In this document: positions 9,144 to 16,894 of the stretch, piece by piece | How positions within the stretch are numbered: the first letter of the stretch is position 1 | Layout: every line of letters begins with the position of its first letter | Assembly (NCBI RefSeq): GCF_000007985.2 | Contig: NC_002939.5 | Location: 990,001-1,022,000, forward strand | Source of the DNA: Geobacter sulfurreducens PCA | Lineage (GTDB): Bacteria > Desulfobacterota > Desulfuromonadia > Geobacterales > Geobacteraceae | Direction of reading: 5' to 3' | DNA: 32,000 nt | Notes under the pieces: model-generated | What the model was told of the DNA's origin: nothing | What the model saw: only the letters and a program-made list of their open reading frames with translations | Database searches by the model: none | Program-made: the position numbers and the translations under genes

Positions 9144-9159
9144 TGGTACCTTGTTTGCA
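9144..9159 (+). promoter_or_regulatory. Sigma54 (RpoN) promoter, TGGTAC-N5-TTGCA
   Basis: TGGTACCTTGTTTGCA has the exact -24 GG / -12 GC spacing of the TGGCAC-N5-TTGCA consensus. It ends 44 nt upstream of ATG 9203. Confidence 0.65.
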
Positions 9160-9202
9160 TTTTGAGGAGCCATCACACTTTTCAAGGAGGCACGTTACGC
9201 CT

Positions 9203-10474
9203 ATGAAAACAAAGGGCTGGGGTGCGCTGGCAGTGCTCCCCCTGGCGCTCGCACTCGCCGGAAACGTGGCGGCGGAAGAGGTCAAGGGGAAGGTTAAAAC
9301 CGTTTCGGTAAAGGCGGGGCAGATATCCCTCACAGTGGAGAGCAAAGGGGTGATGCTCTTCAGGGTGACCGACGGGACAACATTCGCCAATGCGGCATCG
9401 ATCAGGGAGATTCACGCCGATGATCTCCTGCAGGTCGATTATCGGGTTGACGGCTTCGACAACGTGGCAAAGGCCGTTGCCAAGGTCGTCGCCAAGCTGC
9501 CGGAAGGCGTCACCGCGATGGACACCAGGGAACTGGAGGCCCTGGTGGCCAAGGGAACGGAGGAGGGGGGATATCTGCTGATCGACTCCCGTCCCGCCGG
9601 AAAGTACAATGAGGCCCATATCCCGACGGCCGTATCGATTCCCTTTGCCGAGCTCGAAAAGAACCCCGCGCTTCTGACGGCGTCGAAAGACCGGCTTCTG
9701 GTGTTCTACTGCGGTGGCGTCACCTGAGTACTCAGTCCCAAATCCGCCGGTCTGGCGAAAAAATCGGGATACGAGAAGGTCCGCGTCTATCTGGACGGCG
9801 AACCGGAGTGGAAAAAGGCCGAACTGCCCCTGGAGTCGAGCCTGGCATTTGTTGAAAAGGGGAATATCGTTCTCATTGACCTGCGGTCCCCCGAGAAGGT
9901 GGCCGCGGGCCACATCCCCGGCGCCGTCGGCATCCCCGCCGCGGACCTCGCCGCCGCGCAGGCAAAATTTCCCGCCTACAGGGGAGCCCACCTGGTCTTC
10001 TATTCGGACAGTGCCGAGGACCTCAGCCAGGCCCTTGAACTGGCACGGGACTGGAATTACAAGAACGCTACCATTTTCCCGGGCGGGATCGGTGCCTGGC
10101 AGAAGGCCGGCAAGCACCTGAAGACCGGTGCCGCGGCCGCAACTGTCACATATGTGAAAAAGCTTGCCCCGGGCGAGGTCGGCACAGAGGACTTTCAGGC
10201 GGCGCTAAAGGACGGCAGGACGGTCGTCATCGACGCCCGTGCCCCCGGCGAGTTCGAAAAGGGACATTTCAAGGGAGCGGTCAATATCCCGGCGGAGGAG
10301 GCAGCGAAGCGGCTGGCCGAGATTCCCGCCGACCGGCCCGTACTCGTCCATTGCTCTACCGGCACCCGGGCAGAGATGGTCTACGACCTGGTGAAGGACA
10401 AAGGGTACAATCTCAAATACCTAAAGGCCGGCGTGGAGTTTGCCGCCGACGGAAGCTACACCATCAGCGAGTAG
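9203..10474 (+). CDS. Periplasmic triple-rhodanese protein, probable selenoprotein (in-frame UGA = Sec at codon 175)
   Basis: AGGAGG RBS and signal peptide MKTKGWGALAVLPLALALAGNVAA. ORFs 9068..9727 and 9899..10474 are in the same frame, with no other stop between 9728 and 9898. The 57 bridging codons complete rhodanese domain 1 (GYEKVRVYLDGEPEWKKA) and begin domain 2 (IVLIDLRSPEKVAAGHIPGAV). Domain 3 has a canonical CSTGTR loop. TGA lies in the domain-1 loop FYCGGVT-U-VLSPKSA. Confidence 0.75.
9735..9770 (+). promoter_or_regulatory. Candidate bacterial SECIS hairpin downstream of UGA 9725-9727
   Basis: Upper stem CGCC (9745-9748) pairs with GGCG (9754-9757), with apical loop GGUCU. The loop G begins 22 nt after the UGA. 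Lower stem GUCCC (9735-9739) pairs with GGGAU (9766-9770). The loop sequence and distance resemble the E. coli fdhF SECIS (GGUC loop about 18-19 nt after UGA). Confidence 0.55.
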
Positions 10475-10507
10475 CGTCTGGCGGGACAGTGCCGGTTTCG
10501 GAGGAGC

Positions 10508-10580
10508 AGGGGGCACCGGAAGGGCGGGACACCGGCGGCATGCCGGTTGTCTGTCGGCCGTTCCGGTGCCCCTTTCGTTT
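10508..10580 (+). terminator. Compound hairpin terminator between convergent genes
   Basis: 12-bp outer stem GGGGCACCGGAA (10510-10521) / TTCCGGTGCCCC (10561-10572) encloses an inner GC-rich hairpin. CTTTCGTTT follows on the plus strand. Confidence 0.6.
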
Positions 10581-10589
10581 ATCGCCCCC

Positions 10590-11495
10590 TCAGTATCCTA
10601 CCACGTGGAGTTCCACGCTGATCAGGTCGTTGACCAGGTGCATCCCCAGTTTTTCGAAGAGTTTGCCCGAGCCGTAGTTGACGTTCCAGCGGGTCCGGTC
10701 CAGGTCGAGGCATCCCTGGGCCGTGACGCCGCCGTCCTGCCGGGGTGCGATGAGGGCGGGACAGGCGACGGGGTGGCTCGTTCCCCTGATGGTGAGAGAG
10801 CCCGTGATCCGGTAGTTGGGGGTGCCGGGGGTGGCGTCCGGCAGCGGCTCGGCCCCGGTCAGGTCAAAGGTGGCGGTGGGGTGGCGGGCGGTGTCGAAGA
10901 AGTCGTCCGATTGCAGGTGGGCGACCAGCAGGCGGTTGAGGGCGCTCTCGGTCAGGTCGGCGTTGGCGATGGTGGTCATGTCGATGGTTACCCGCCCCCG
11001 GACGGGCACTCCCCGGGACACCGTCAGTTCGCCGCTTGCCACGGCGATGGTGCCGTGGTGTCGACCGTTGATATTACGGCCTGCCCAGTGGAGCATGCTT
11101 TTGGCCGGGTCGACCCGGTAGGTCCCGTCCCGGAGTGTCGGCGCCGGCATGGTCTGCCCGGGGGCTTCGTCCACCGGCAGGCCGGCGGCGCGCCATTCGT
11201 GGAGTCCGCCGGTAAAGGCCCGTACGTTGCGATAGCCTGCCGCCGCCAGCTTTTCCGCCGCCACCACCGCATCCCGGGAGCGGCCGCTCGACCCGTAAAC
11301 CACGATGGCCGCGTCCTTGTCGGCGGTTATGGCCTTCACCTGCTCCAGGAACGTCACCTCGTAGACGCAGGCATTACAGGCGCCTGCCACGTGACACTCC
11401 CCGTAGTACTCCTTGGGCAGCACATCGATGACGATCAGCGTTCTCTCGGTTAGCCCCGTACGCAGCTCTTCCCTGTCGATGGTGGCGTCTGCCAT
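10590..11495 (-). CDS. Rhodanese-domain / YceI-like domain fusion protein
   Basis: The N-terminal rhodanese fold (IVVYGSSGRSRDAVVAAEKLAAAGYRNVRAFTGGLHEWRAAGLPV) has Gly at the catalytic Cys position. The C-terminal roughly 180 aa are YceI-like (TYRVDPAKSMLHWAG ... LTIRGTSHPV ... VELHVVGY). No signal peptide. Confidence 0.8.
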   Translation of the reverse strand: MADATIDREELRTGLTERTLIVIDVLPKEYYGECHVAGACNACVYEVTFLEQVKAITADKDAAIVVYGSSGRSRDAVVAAEKLAAAGYRNVRAFTGGLHEWRAAGLPVDEAPGQTMPAPTLRDGTYRVDPAKSMLHWAGRNINGRHHGTIAVASGELTVSRGVPVRGRVTIDMTTIANADLTESALNRLLVAHLQSDDFFDTARHPTATFDLTGAEPLPDATPGTPNYRITGSLTIRGTSHPVACPALIAPRQDGGVTAQGCLDLDRTRWNVNYGSGKLFEKLGMHLVNDLISVELHVVGY

Positions 11496-11564
11496 GTCGC
11501 GCCCCTCACTTTGGTTGGGTGATGGCTAGATGCTACCACGGAGGGAGTGCTCGTCAAGGCGTGC

Positions 11565-12815
11565 TCAGAATGCCTGCTGGGCGCTGTCTCTTTTCTCCTT
11601 GGGCAGGAAGAGGTTCAGGAGCACGGCGGTGATGCCGCAGAGGCTCACCCCCTGGAGAGTCACCCAGCCGGCCTGGAGGGTCAGGCCGCCGATGCCGAAT
11701 ACAAGCACCAGCGACACGATTACCAGGTTGCGGGGGCGGTGCATGTCGACCCGGGCATGGATGAGGGTATTGAGGCCCACGGCGGCAATGCTGCCGAACA
11801 GCAGGATCATGATCCCTCCCATGACCGGGGTGGGAATGGACTGGAGCAGGGCGTTGAACTTGCCGAAAAAGGCCATGAGGATGGCGATGCAGGCGGCCCA
11901 GGTCATGATGACGGGGTTGTGGTTGCGGGTGATCATGACCGCGCCGGTCACCTCGGAATAGGTGGTCACCGGCGGACCACCGATGAGTCCGGCCACGCAG
12001 ACCGCCAGCCCGTCGCCGAGCATGGTACGGTGGAGCCCCGGCCGGGCGGTGTAGTCGCGCCCCGTAACGGCCCCGATGGCGATGATGTCGCCCACATGCT
12101 CGATGGCCGGGGCCAGCGCCACAGGGATCATGAAGAAGACCGCCGGCCAGCTCCACTGGGGTGCCACGAAGGGGGGCATGGCGAACCAGGGGGCCGCGGC
12201 GATGGTGCTGAAGTTCACCAGCCCCAGAAACGCCGAGAGGCTGTAGCCCACTGTAACCCCCGCAAGGATCGGTATGAGCCGGAAGATGCCCTTTGCCTTG
12301 AGGGCAATGACCACGGTGGTGGCAAGGGATACGCCGGCCACCAGGAGGGCCGTCTGGTAATCGACCAGCACTGCCTTGCCGTCGCCGGTCTTGCCCATGG
12401 CCAGGTTGACCGCCACGCCGGCGAGCCCCAGGCCGATGAGCATGATGATGGGGCCCACCACCACGGGGGGCATGATCCGGTGGATGAATGCGACGCCCCG
12501 CATCTTGATGAGCAGCGCCAGCATCAGATAGAGCGCGCCGGAGGCGAAGAGCCCCGACAGGGTGGCCGGGATGCCCCAGGTCTGGACGCTGTAGATGATC
12601 GGCGCGATGAACGCGAAGGAGGAGCCAAGGAAGATGGGGACCTTGCGCCCGGTGCACGCCTGGAAGATCAGGGTGCCGATGCCGGCGCCCAGCAGGGCCA
12701 TGCTCGGGTTGAGCCCGGTGAGGATCGGCACCAGCACGAGGGCGCCGAAGGCGACGAAGAGTATCTGCGCGCCGGCGATGGCCTGGCGCCAGACCGGTTC
12801 CTGGTGGTGGGTCAT
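11565..12815 (-). CDS. uraA: Uracil permease (NCS2 / uracil-xanthine permease family)
   Basis: 416-aa polytopic membrane protein with an NCS2-type sequence. It begins 18 nt after the end of upp on the same strand, the classic upp-uraA pairing. Confidence 0.85.
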   Translation of the reverse strand: MTHHQEPVWRQAIAGAQILFVAFGALVLVPILTGLNPSMALLGAGIGTLIFQACTGRKVPIFLGSSFAFIAPIIYSVQTWGIPATLSGLFASGALYLMLALLIKMRGVAFIHRIMPPVVVGPIIMLIGLGLAGVAVNLAMGKTGDGKAVLVDYQTALLVAGVSLATTVVIALKAKGIFRLIPILAGVTVGYSLSAFLGLVNFSTIAAAPWFAMPPFVAPQWSWPAVFFMIPVALAPAIEHVGDIIAIGAVTGRDYTARPGLHRTMLGDGLAVCVAGLIGGPPVTTYSEVTGAVMITRNHNPVIMTWAACIAILMAFFGKFNALLQSIPTPVMGGIMILLFGSIAAVGLNTLIHARVDMHRPRNLVIVSLVLVFGIGGLTLQAGWVTLQGVSLCGITAVLLNLFLPKEKRDSAQQAF

Positions 12816-12833
12816 GGCATGCTCCGCGGGAAG

Positions 12834-13463
12834 TTATTTAGTGCCGAAGATCTTGTCCCCCGCGTCGCCGAGACCGGGGAGGATGTAGCCGTGTTCGTTG
12901 AGGCAGCGGTCAATGGCCGCCACGTAGATGTCCACATCGGGATGGGCGGCAGTGACCCGGGCGAGCCCCTCGGGTGCCGCCACCAGCGCCAGGACCCTGA
13001 TCTGGCGGCAACCGTTGCGCTTGAGCATGCTGATGGTTGCCTCCATGGAGCCGCCCGTGGCGAGCATCGGGTCGAGGATGACGGCCAGCCGTTCGTCAAG
13101 CTTGTCCACGAACTTCTCCAGATAGGTGTGTGCTTCGAGGGTCTCCTCGTTGCGGGCGAGTCCCACCACGCTCACCTTGGCGTTGGGGATCATGTCGAGG
13201 ACCCCGTCGAGCATGCCGATGCCGGCCCGCAGGATGGGCACCACCGTCACCTTCTTCCCCTTGATCTGTTCGATCTCCACCGGGTTGCCGTCCCAGCCGG
13301 TGATGGTCCGGACCTCCAGGGGGAAGTCGCCGCACGCCTCGTAGGCCAGCAACCGCGCCAGCTCGGCGGCAAGTTCCCGAAATTTCTTGGTGCTGATATC
13401 CGCCTCGCGCATGAGGCCGATCTTGTGCCTGACTAACGGGTGGGTAAGCTCGTGAACGCCCAT
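12834..13463 (-). CDS. upp: Uracil phosphoribosyltransferase
   Basis: 209 aa starting [16 protein letters not shown]-binding motif [12 protein letters not shown] and C-terminal [17 protein letters not shown]. Confidence 0.95.
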   Translation of the reverse strand: MGVHELTHPLVRHKIGLMREADISTKKFRELAAELARLLAYEACGDFPLEVRTITGWDGNPVEIEQIKGKKVTVVPILRAGIGMLDGVLDMIPNAKVSVVGLARNEETLEAHTYLEKFVDKLDERLAVILDPMLATGGSMEATISMLKRNGCRQIRVLALVAAPEGLARVTAAHPDVDIYVAAIDRCLNEHGYILPGLGDAGDKIFGTK

Positions 13464-13582
13464 GGATGCCTCCGTTGTGGTAATTCGCCGGCCGGAAGAT
13501 TACCCGAATTTGTCAGACAAGTCATCTGAAAAGGGCGCGTCGGCGGCGACGATGCGCCGCGTGGTGCGCCGGCTCCTTTCCG

Positions 13583-13612
13583 TTGACACTGCGCAACGCG
13601 GAAAGGTATCTT
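13583..13612 (+). promoter_or_regulatory. Candidate sigma70 promoter (TTGACA-N18-TATCTT) bracketed by a 7-bp inverted repeat
   Basis: TTGACA at 13583-13588 and TATCTT at 13607-13612. Inverted repeat CTTTCCG (13576-13582) / CGGAAAG (13599-13605) spans the -35 element and spacer. Confidence 0.35.
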
Positions 13613-13655
13613 GAGCGGGTACCGAACGGAGCCACGGAAGGGGAGCGGGGGCGGC

Positions 13656-14285
13656 ATGAGCAAGGACAAGGACGAGCGGAAGCGACCGCAGCTGCGGTTG
13701 GTGGTGAACAACGTGGAGAAGCGGTCGGGACGTCCGGTTGCGGGGGAAGATGATTTCATAACCCTGGACGAACTCATCCTGCGGCGCCACGAGTTTCGTG
13801 GTCACTTCTATGCCGGGGTGGGGCGTCTTCAGGAAAAGGCGTACCGCTCTCTGGAGCGCTACCTGGAGCGAAAGGGGTGGGCCTACGGTCTGGATCCCAT
13901 GCACGGGCGACTCATGGTCATCCCTGCCGGCCTGGTCTGCCCGGAGGCGATCGTGCCCGACAGCTCCCAGCAGGACGAAGTGCTCGTTTTTGCCGGCGAA
14001 GACCTGACCGGCGTGGGGCTCTGCCTCTCCCTGGAGATGATTATCCCCTTCTGGAGCGATGATGACGCCGTCATGGAGGACGCGCTGCTCTCGGCGCCGA
14101 TTCTCCCCTACGGGATGCTCTTCCTGGAGGAGAACCGGCAGGACGGTTACCTGGACCTCATCTATCGCGTGGCGTTGCCCCTCTATCCGCCCGCGCCGAC
14201 GGTGCGCGTACTTGACAAACTCTTTGCCGTGGCGCGGACCGAATTGGCCGAAACCCTCCGCACCCTGGCCGATTTTTCCGACTGA
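13656..14285 (+). CDS. Hypothetical protein (possibly YbjN-like fold; basic N-terminal tail)
   Basis: 209-aa ORF from ATG 13656 with coding-like composition and no motif I can name confidently. TTG 13611 would overlap the candidate -10 element and precede the predicted transcription start. Confidence 0.55.
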   Translation: MSKDKDERKRPQLRLVVNNVEKRSGRPVAGEDDFITLDELILRRHEFRGHFYAGVGRLQEKAYRSLERYLERKGWAYGLDPMHGRLMVIPAGLVCPEAIVPDSSQQDEVLVFAGEDLTGVGLCLSLEMIIPFWSDDDAVMEDALLSAPILPYGMLFLEENRQDGYLDLIYRVALPLYPPAPTVRVLDKLFAVARTELAETLRTLADFSD

Positions 14286-14301
14286 TCCCTAGCGCGACGT
14301 T

Positions 14302-14335
14302 CCCCCGGCGGCTGGCTGCACGCAGCCGCCGGGGG
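14302..14335. terminator. 13-bp perfect hairpin between convergent genes (no clear U-tract)
   Basis: CCCCCGGCGGCTG (14302-14314) pairs with CAGCCGCCGGGGG (14323-14335) around an 8-nt loop. It sits between the hypothetical gene stop and the MCP stop. Confidence 0.5.
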
Positions 14336-14341
14336 GATGCC

Positions 14342-15928
14342 TCAGGCACCGATCTTGAATTTACCCACCAGTTCCTGCAGCTCACGCGCCAGGCTGGCCA
14401 GCTGGCCGGCCGCCTGAGCGGAGTCCTGCGCACCGCGGGCCGTACTCTGGACCGTATCGGTGATGTCCTGGATGTTCCTGGTGATCTCGCCGGTGGTGGC
14501 GTTCTGCTCCTCGGCGGCAGTGGCGATCTGGTTCACCTGCCCAGTCACGTCGGAGACGCGCTGGAGGATCGCCTGGAGCGATTCGCCCGAGCGCGAGGCC
14601 TCGTCGGTGCCGCGGGTGACCTCGTGAACTCCCTCTTCCATGGAAGTGACCGCACCGCGGGTCTCCTGCTGGATGCTCTTGATCATGGAGCCGATCTCTT
14701 TCGTGGCCCGGGTGGTGCGTTCGGCCAGGGCCCTGACCTCGTCGGCCACCACGGCGAAGCCGCGCCCCTGCTCACCGGCCCGGGCTGCCTCGATGGCGGC
14801 GTTGAGGGCCAGCAGATTGGTCTGGTCGGCAATGTCCTCGATAGTGCCGATGATCTCGCCGATCTGGTCGCTCCTGCTGCCGAGGCTTTCCACGGTCCGG
14901 GCCGTGTCCTTCACCCGGTCGGCGATGCTCGCCATGACGGCGATGGTCCGTTCCACCACCTCCGCTCCGTCCCGGGCCGTTTCGGTAGCCTGCATGGCGC
15001 CGTCGGCGGCGATTGAACAGCTTCCCGCGATCTCCTGGGAGGTGGAGGCCATCTGCTCGCTGGCCGTAGCAACGGTCGTGGCCTGGCCGGCTACCGCTTC
15101 CATGCTCCGGGCCATGTCCGCCGACGTAACGTTGAGCTGGCTTGCCGCCGATGCCAGTTGCGCGGCGTTCTGGGCGATGCGGGTGATGATGCCCTGGATG
15201 GTCGACGTGAGCCGGTTGATGCCGCCGGCCAGGTTGCCGATCTCGTCCTGGGTCCGCACCGGCAGGACTCTGGTCAGGTCGCCGCCGCCGCTGGCAAGTT
15301 CGTCCACCTGGCGCGAGACATCGGCAATGGGTGCGATGATCGTCTTGCTGAAGAAGAAGTACATGCAGGCCAGGAGCACCAGGAAGAAAACTGTTCCCAC
15401 CACGGCCAGCATGATGAGCAGGTGGCGGGCGCCCTCATAGCCTTCTTCGATGGAGGTGGTGACCAGGAGTCCGCCCAGGTAGGCGGCGCCAGCGTCGTGG
15501 CAACTCTGGCAGCGCTGCTCGTTGGGGAAGGGAAGGACCAGGCTCAGGGTGCGCTTGCCGTCCAGGGTCTCCTTGAATTCAAGGGTGCGGCCGGCGGCAA
15601 TGGCCTGCTGGATCTTGGCGTTGGGGGTCTGGGAGGGGGTTGGCGACACCTCTTTGGCCTGCTCGTCGAAAACCCTGAGGTCCATGATGAAATTCTTGCT
15701 CTTGACCGCGGAGATGAAGCGGTCCACTTCCGAGGAGTCGCCCTTCATCATATAGCCGTCAATGTCGTGAATGATGAGCCCGGCCAGATTACGGGCATTC
15801 TTGAGCTGAAGATCGAGGGATGATCTGAACTGGAGCCATCCCGCCACCGACCCCAGCGTGAAGAGGCCAAGCGAAAGGCATATCCCGAGAATCGCCAGAA
15901 CTTTGAATGCCAGCTTTTTACCCAACAT
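14342..15928 (-). CDS. Methyl-accepting chemotaxis protein with periplasmic CxxCH (c-type heme) sensor domain
   Basis: Two TM helices (about residues 7-33 and 170-193), a HAMP domain, and the conserved signalling hairpin [31 protein letters not shown]. The periplasmic domain carries CQSCH (residues 140-144, nt 15497-15511). Confidence 0.9.
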   Translation of the reverse strand: MLGKKLAFKVLAILGICLSLGLFTLGSVAGWLQFRSSLDLQLKNARNLAGLIIHDIDGYMMKGDSSEVDRFISAVKSKNFIMDLRVFDEQAKEVSPTPSQTPNAKIQQAIAAGRTLEFKETLDGKRTLSLVLPFPNEQRCQSCHDAGAAYLGGLLVTTSIEEGYEGARHLLIMLAVVGTVFFLVLLACMYFFFSKTIIAPIADVSRQVDELASGGGDLTRVLPVRTQDEIGNLAGGINRLTSTIQGIITRIAQNAAQLASAASQLNVTSADMARSMEAVAGQATTVATASEQMASTSQEIAGSCSIAADGAMQATETARDGAEVVERTIAVMASIADRVKDTARTVESLGSRSDQIGEIIGTIEDIADQTNLLALNAAIEAARAGEQGRGFAVVADEVRALAERTTRATKEIGSMIKSIQQETRGAVTSMEEGVHEVTRGTDEASRSGESLQAILQRVSDVTGQVNQIATAAEEQNATTGEITRNIQDITDTVQSTARGAQDSAQAAGQLASLARELQELVGKFKIGA

Positions 15929-15986
15929 TTAAAACCTCCCACTGTAAACAAATGATGAATAAATTGTCGCTTGAGAGCTATAGAAT

Positions 15987-16013
15987 TTATCGGCTGTCGT
16001 AAGAAAATGTTTA
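15987..16013 (-). promoter_or_regulatory. Sigma28 (FliA) promoter, perfect TAAA-N15-GCCGATAA
   Basis: The minus strand reads TAAA (16013-16010), then 15 nt, then GCCGATAA (15994-15987). It lies about 60 nt upstream of the MCP ATG at 15928, which has a GGGAGG RBS. Confidence 0.7.
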
Positions 16014-16178
16014 GTAAAAAAATAAACAACTAATTCATTCTTCAAGATACTTGAATGCCTCCGGAAAGTACTCCATTCCGCTAAGGCCGGAGCAGGCTGT
16101 CGGCCCATTCTGTGCATCGAACCCGACAGTGAGTACGCGGTGCCTGTTTCAGCGGCAGCCGCTACGAGGAGGCTCGCC

Positions 16179-16874
16179 ATGCTGGTCATGATCCAGAACG
16201 ATTCCGAAGTGCCGCCGGGAATCTTCGGTGATTTTCTGCGGGAGGAGCGCATTCCCTTCAGCCTTGTGCATCCCTGCGCCGGCGATCCGCTGCCGCTGCC
16301 GGCCGAGGTGACGGCGGCCATCGTGCTGGGCGGCGCCATGGGGGTCCACGACACGGAGAAACATCCGTTTCTCGAAACGGTCAAGGCGTTCATCGGTGGC
16401 TGCGTGGCGGCCGGCCGCCCCTACCTGGGCATCTGTCTCGGCGGGCAGCTCCTCGCCGACGTGTTCGGGGCGCCGGTCACCTCCGGTGCCGACGGCGAGA
16501 AAGGGACTTTCCCCGTTGACCTGACCGTCGAGGGGGAGCGCGATCCGCTCTTTGCCGGCATTCCCCGGCGTTTCATCACGTTCCAGTGGCATGACGACAC
16601 CTTTGCCGTTCCCACCGGCGGCGTCCTGCTGGCCTCGTCCGCCGTCTGCCTCCGCCAGGCGTTCCGGGTGGGCGACCGGGCATGGGGGCTCCAGTTCCAC
16701 CCGGAGGTGAACCGGGAGATCGTTGGCGCCTGGGCCCGGTGGAGCGGGGATACGGCACCGGACGCGGAGAGCTTCCTGGCGGCTTTTGCCGCTGCCGAGA
16801 CGGAGTATCGGGCGGCGTCCCGGCTGATGCTGGGCAATTTTCTCGTGGCTGCGGGGATGAAGCGAGCCCGATAA
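16179..16874 (+). CDS. Class I glutamine amidotransferase (GATase1, GMP-synthase-like domain only)
   Basis: GAGGAGG RBS. Nucleophile elbow GICLGGQLL and His/Glu context LQFHPEV. 231 aa from ATG 16179. Confidence 0.8.
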   Translation: MLVMIQNDSEVPPGIFGDFLREERIPFSLVHPCAGDPLPLPAEVTAAIVLGGAMGVHDTEKHPFLETVKAFIGGCVAAGRPYLGICLGGQLLADVFGAPVTSGADGEKGTFPVDLTVEGERDPLFAGIPRRFITFQWHDDTFAVPTGGVLLASSAVCLRQAFRVGDRAWGLQFHPEVNREIVGAWARWSGDTAPDAESFLAAFAAAETEYRAASRLMLGNFLVAAGMKRAR

Positions 16875-16894
16875 GTGGGCCGTCCCTGCCTCTG

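Noticed and set aside
9068-9202. 45-codon N-terminal extension of the rhodanese ORF (MRVVGKVYKSCGLL...).
   Set aside because: It lies in an AT-rich intergenic region that contains the sigma54 promoter. The AGGAGG RBS and signal peptide begin at ATG 9203.
16041-16100. Resemblance of GCCUCCGG... to the P2 region of GEMM-I c-di-GMP/cGAMP riboswitches, which are common in Geobacter.
   Set aside because: It lacks the GNRA tetraloop/receptor pair and the conserved ACGCAAAGC junction, so the similarity is limited to one short GC-rich string.
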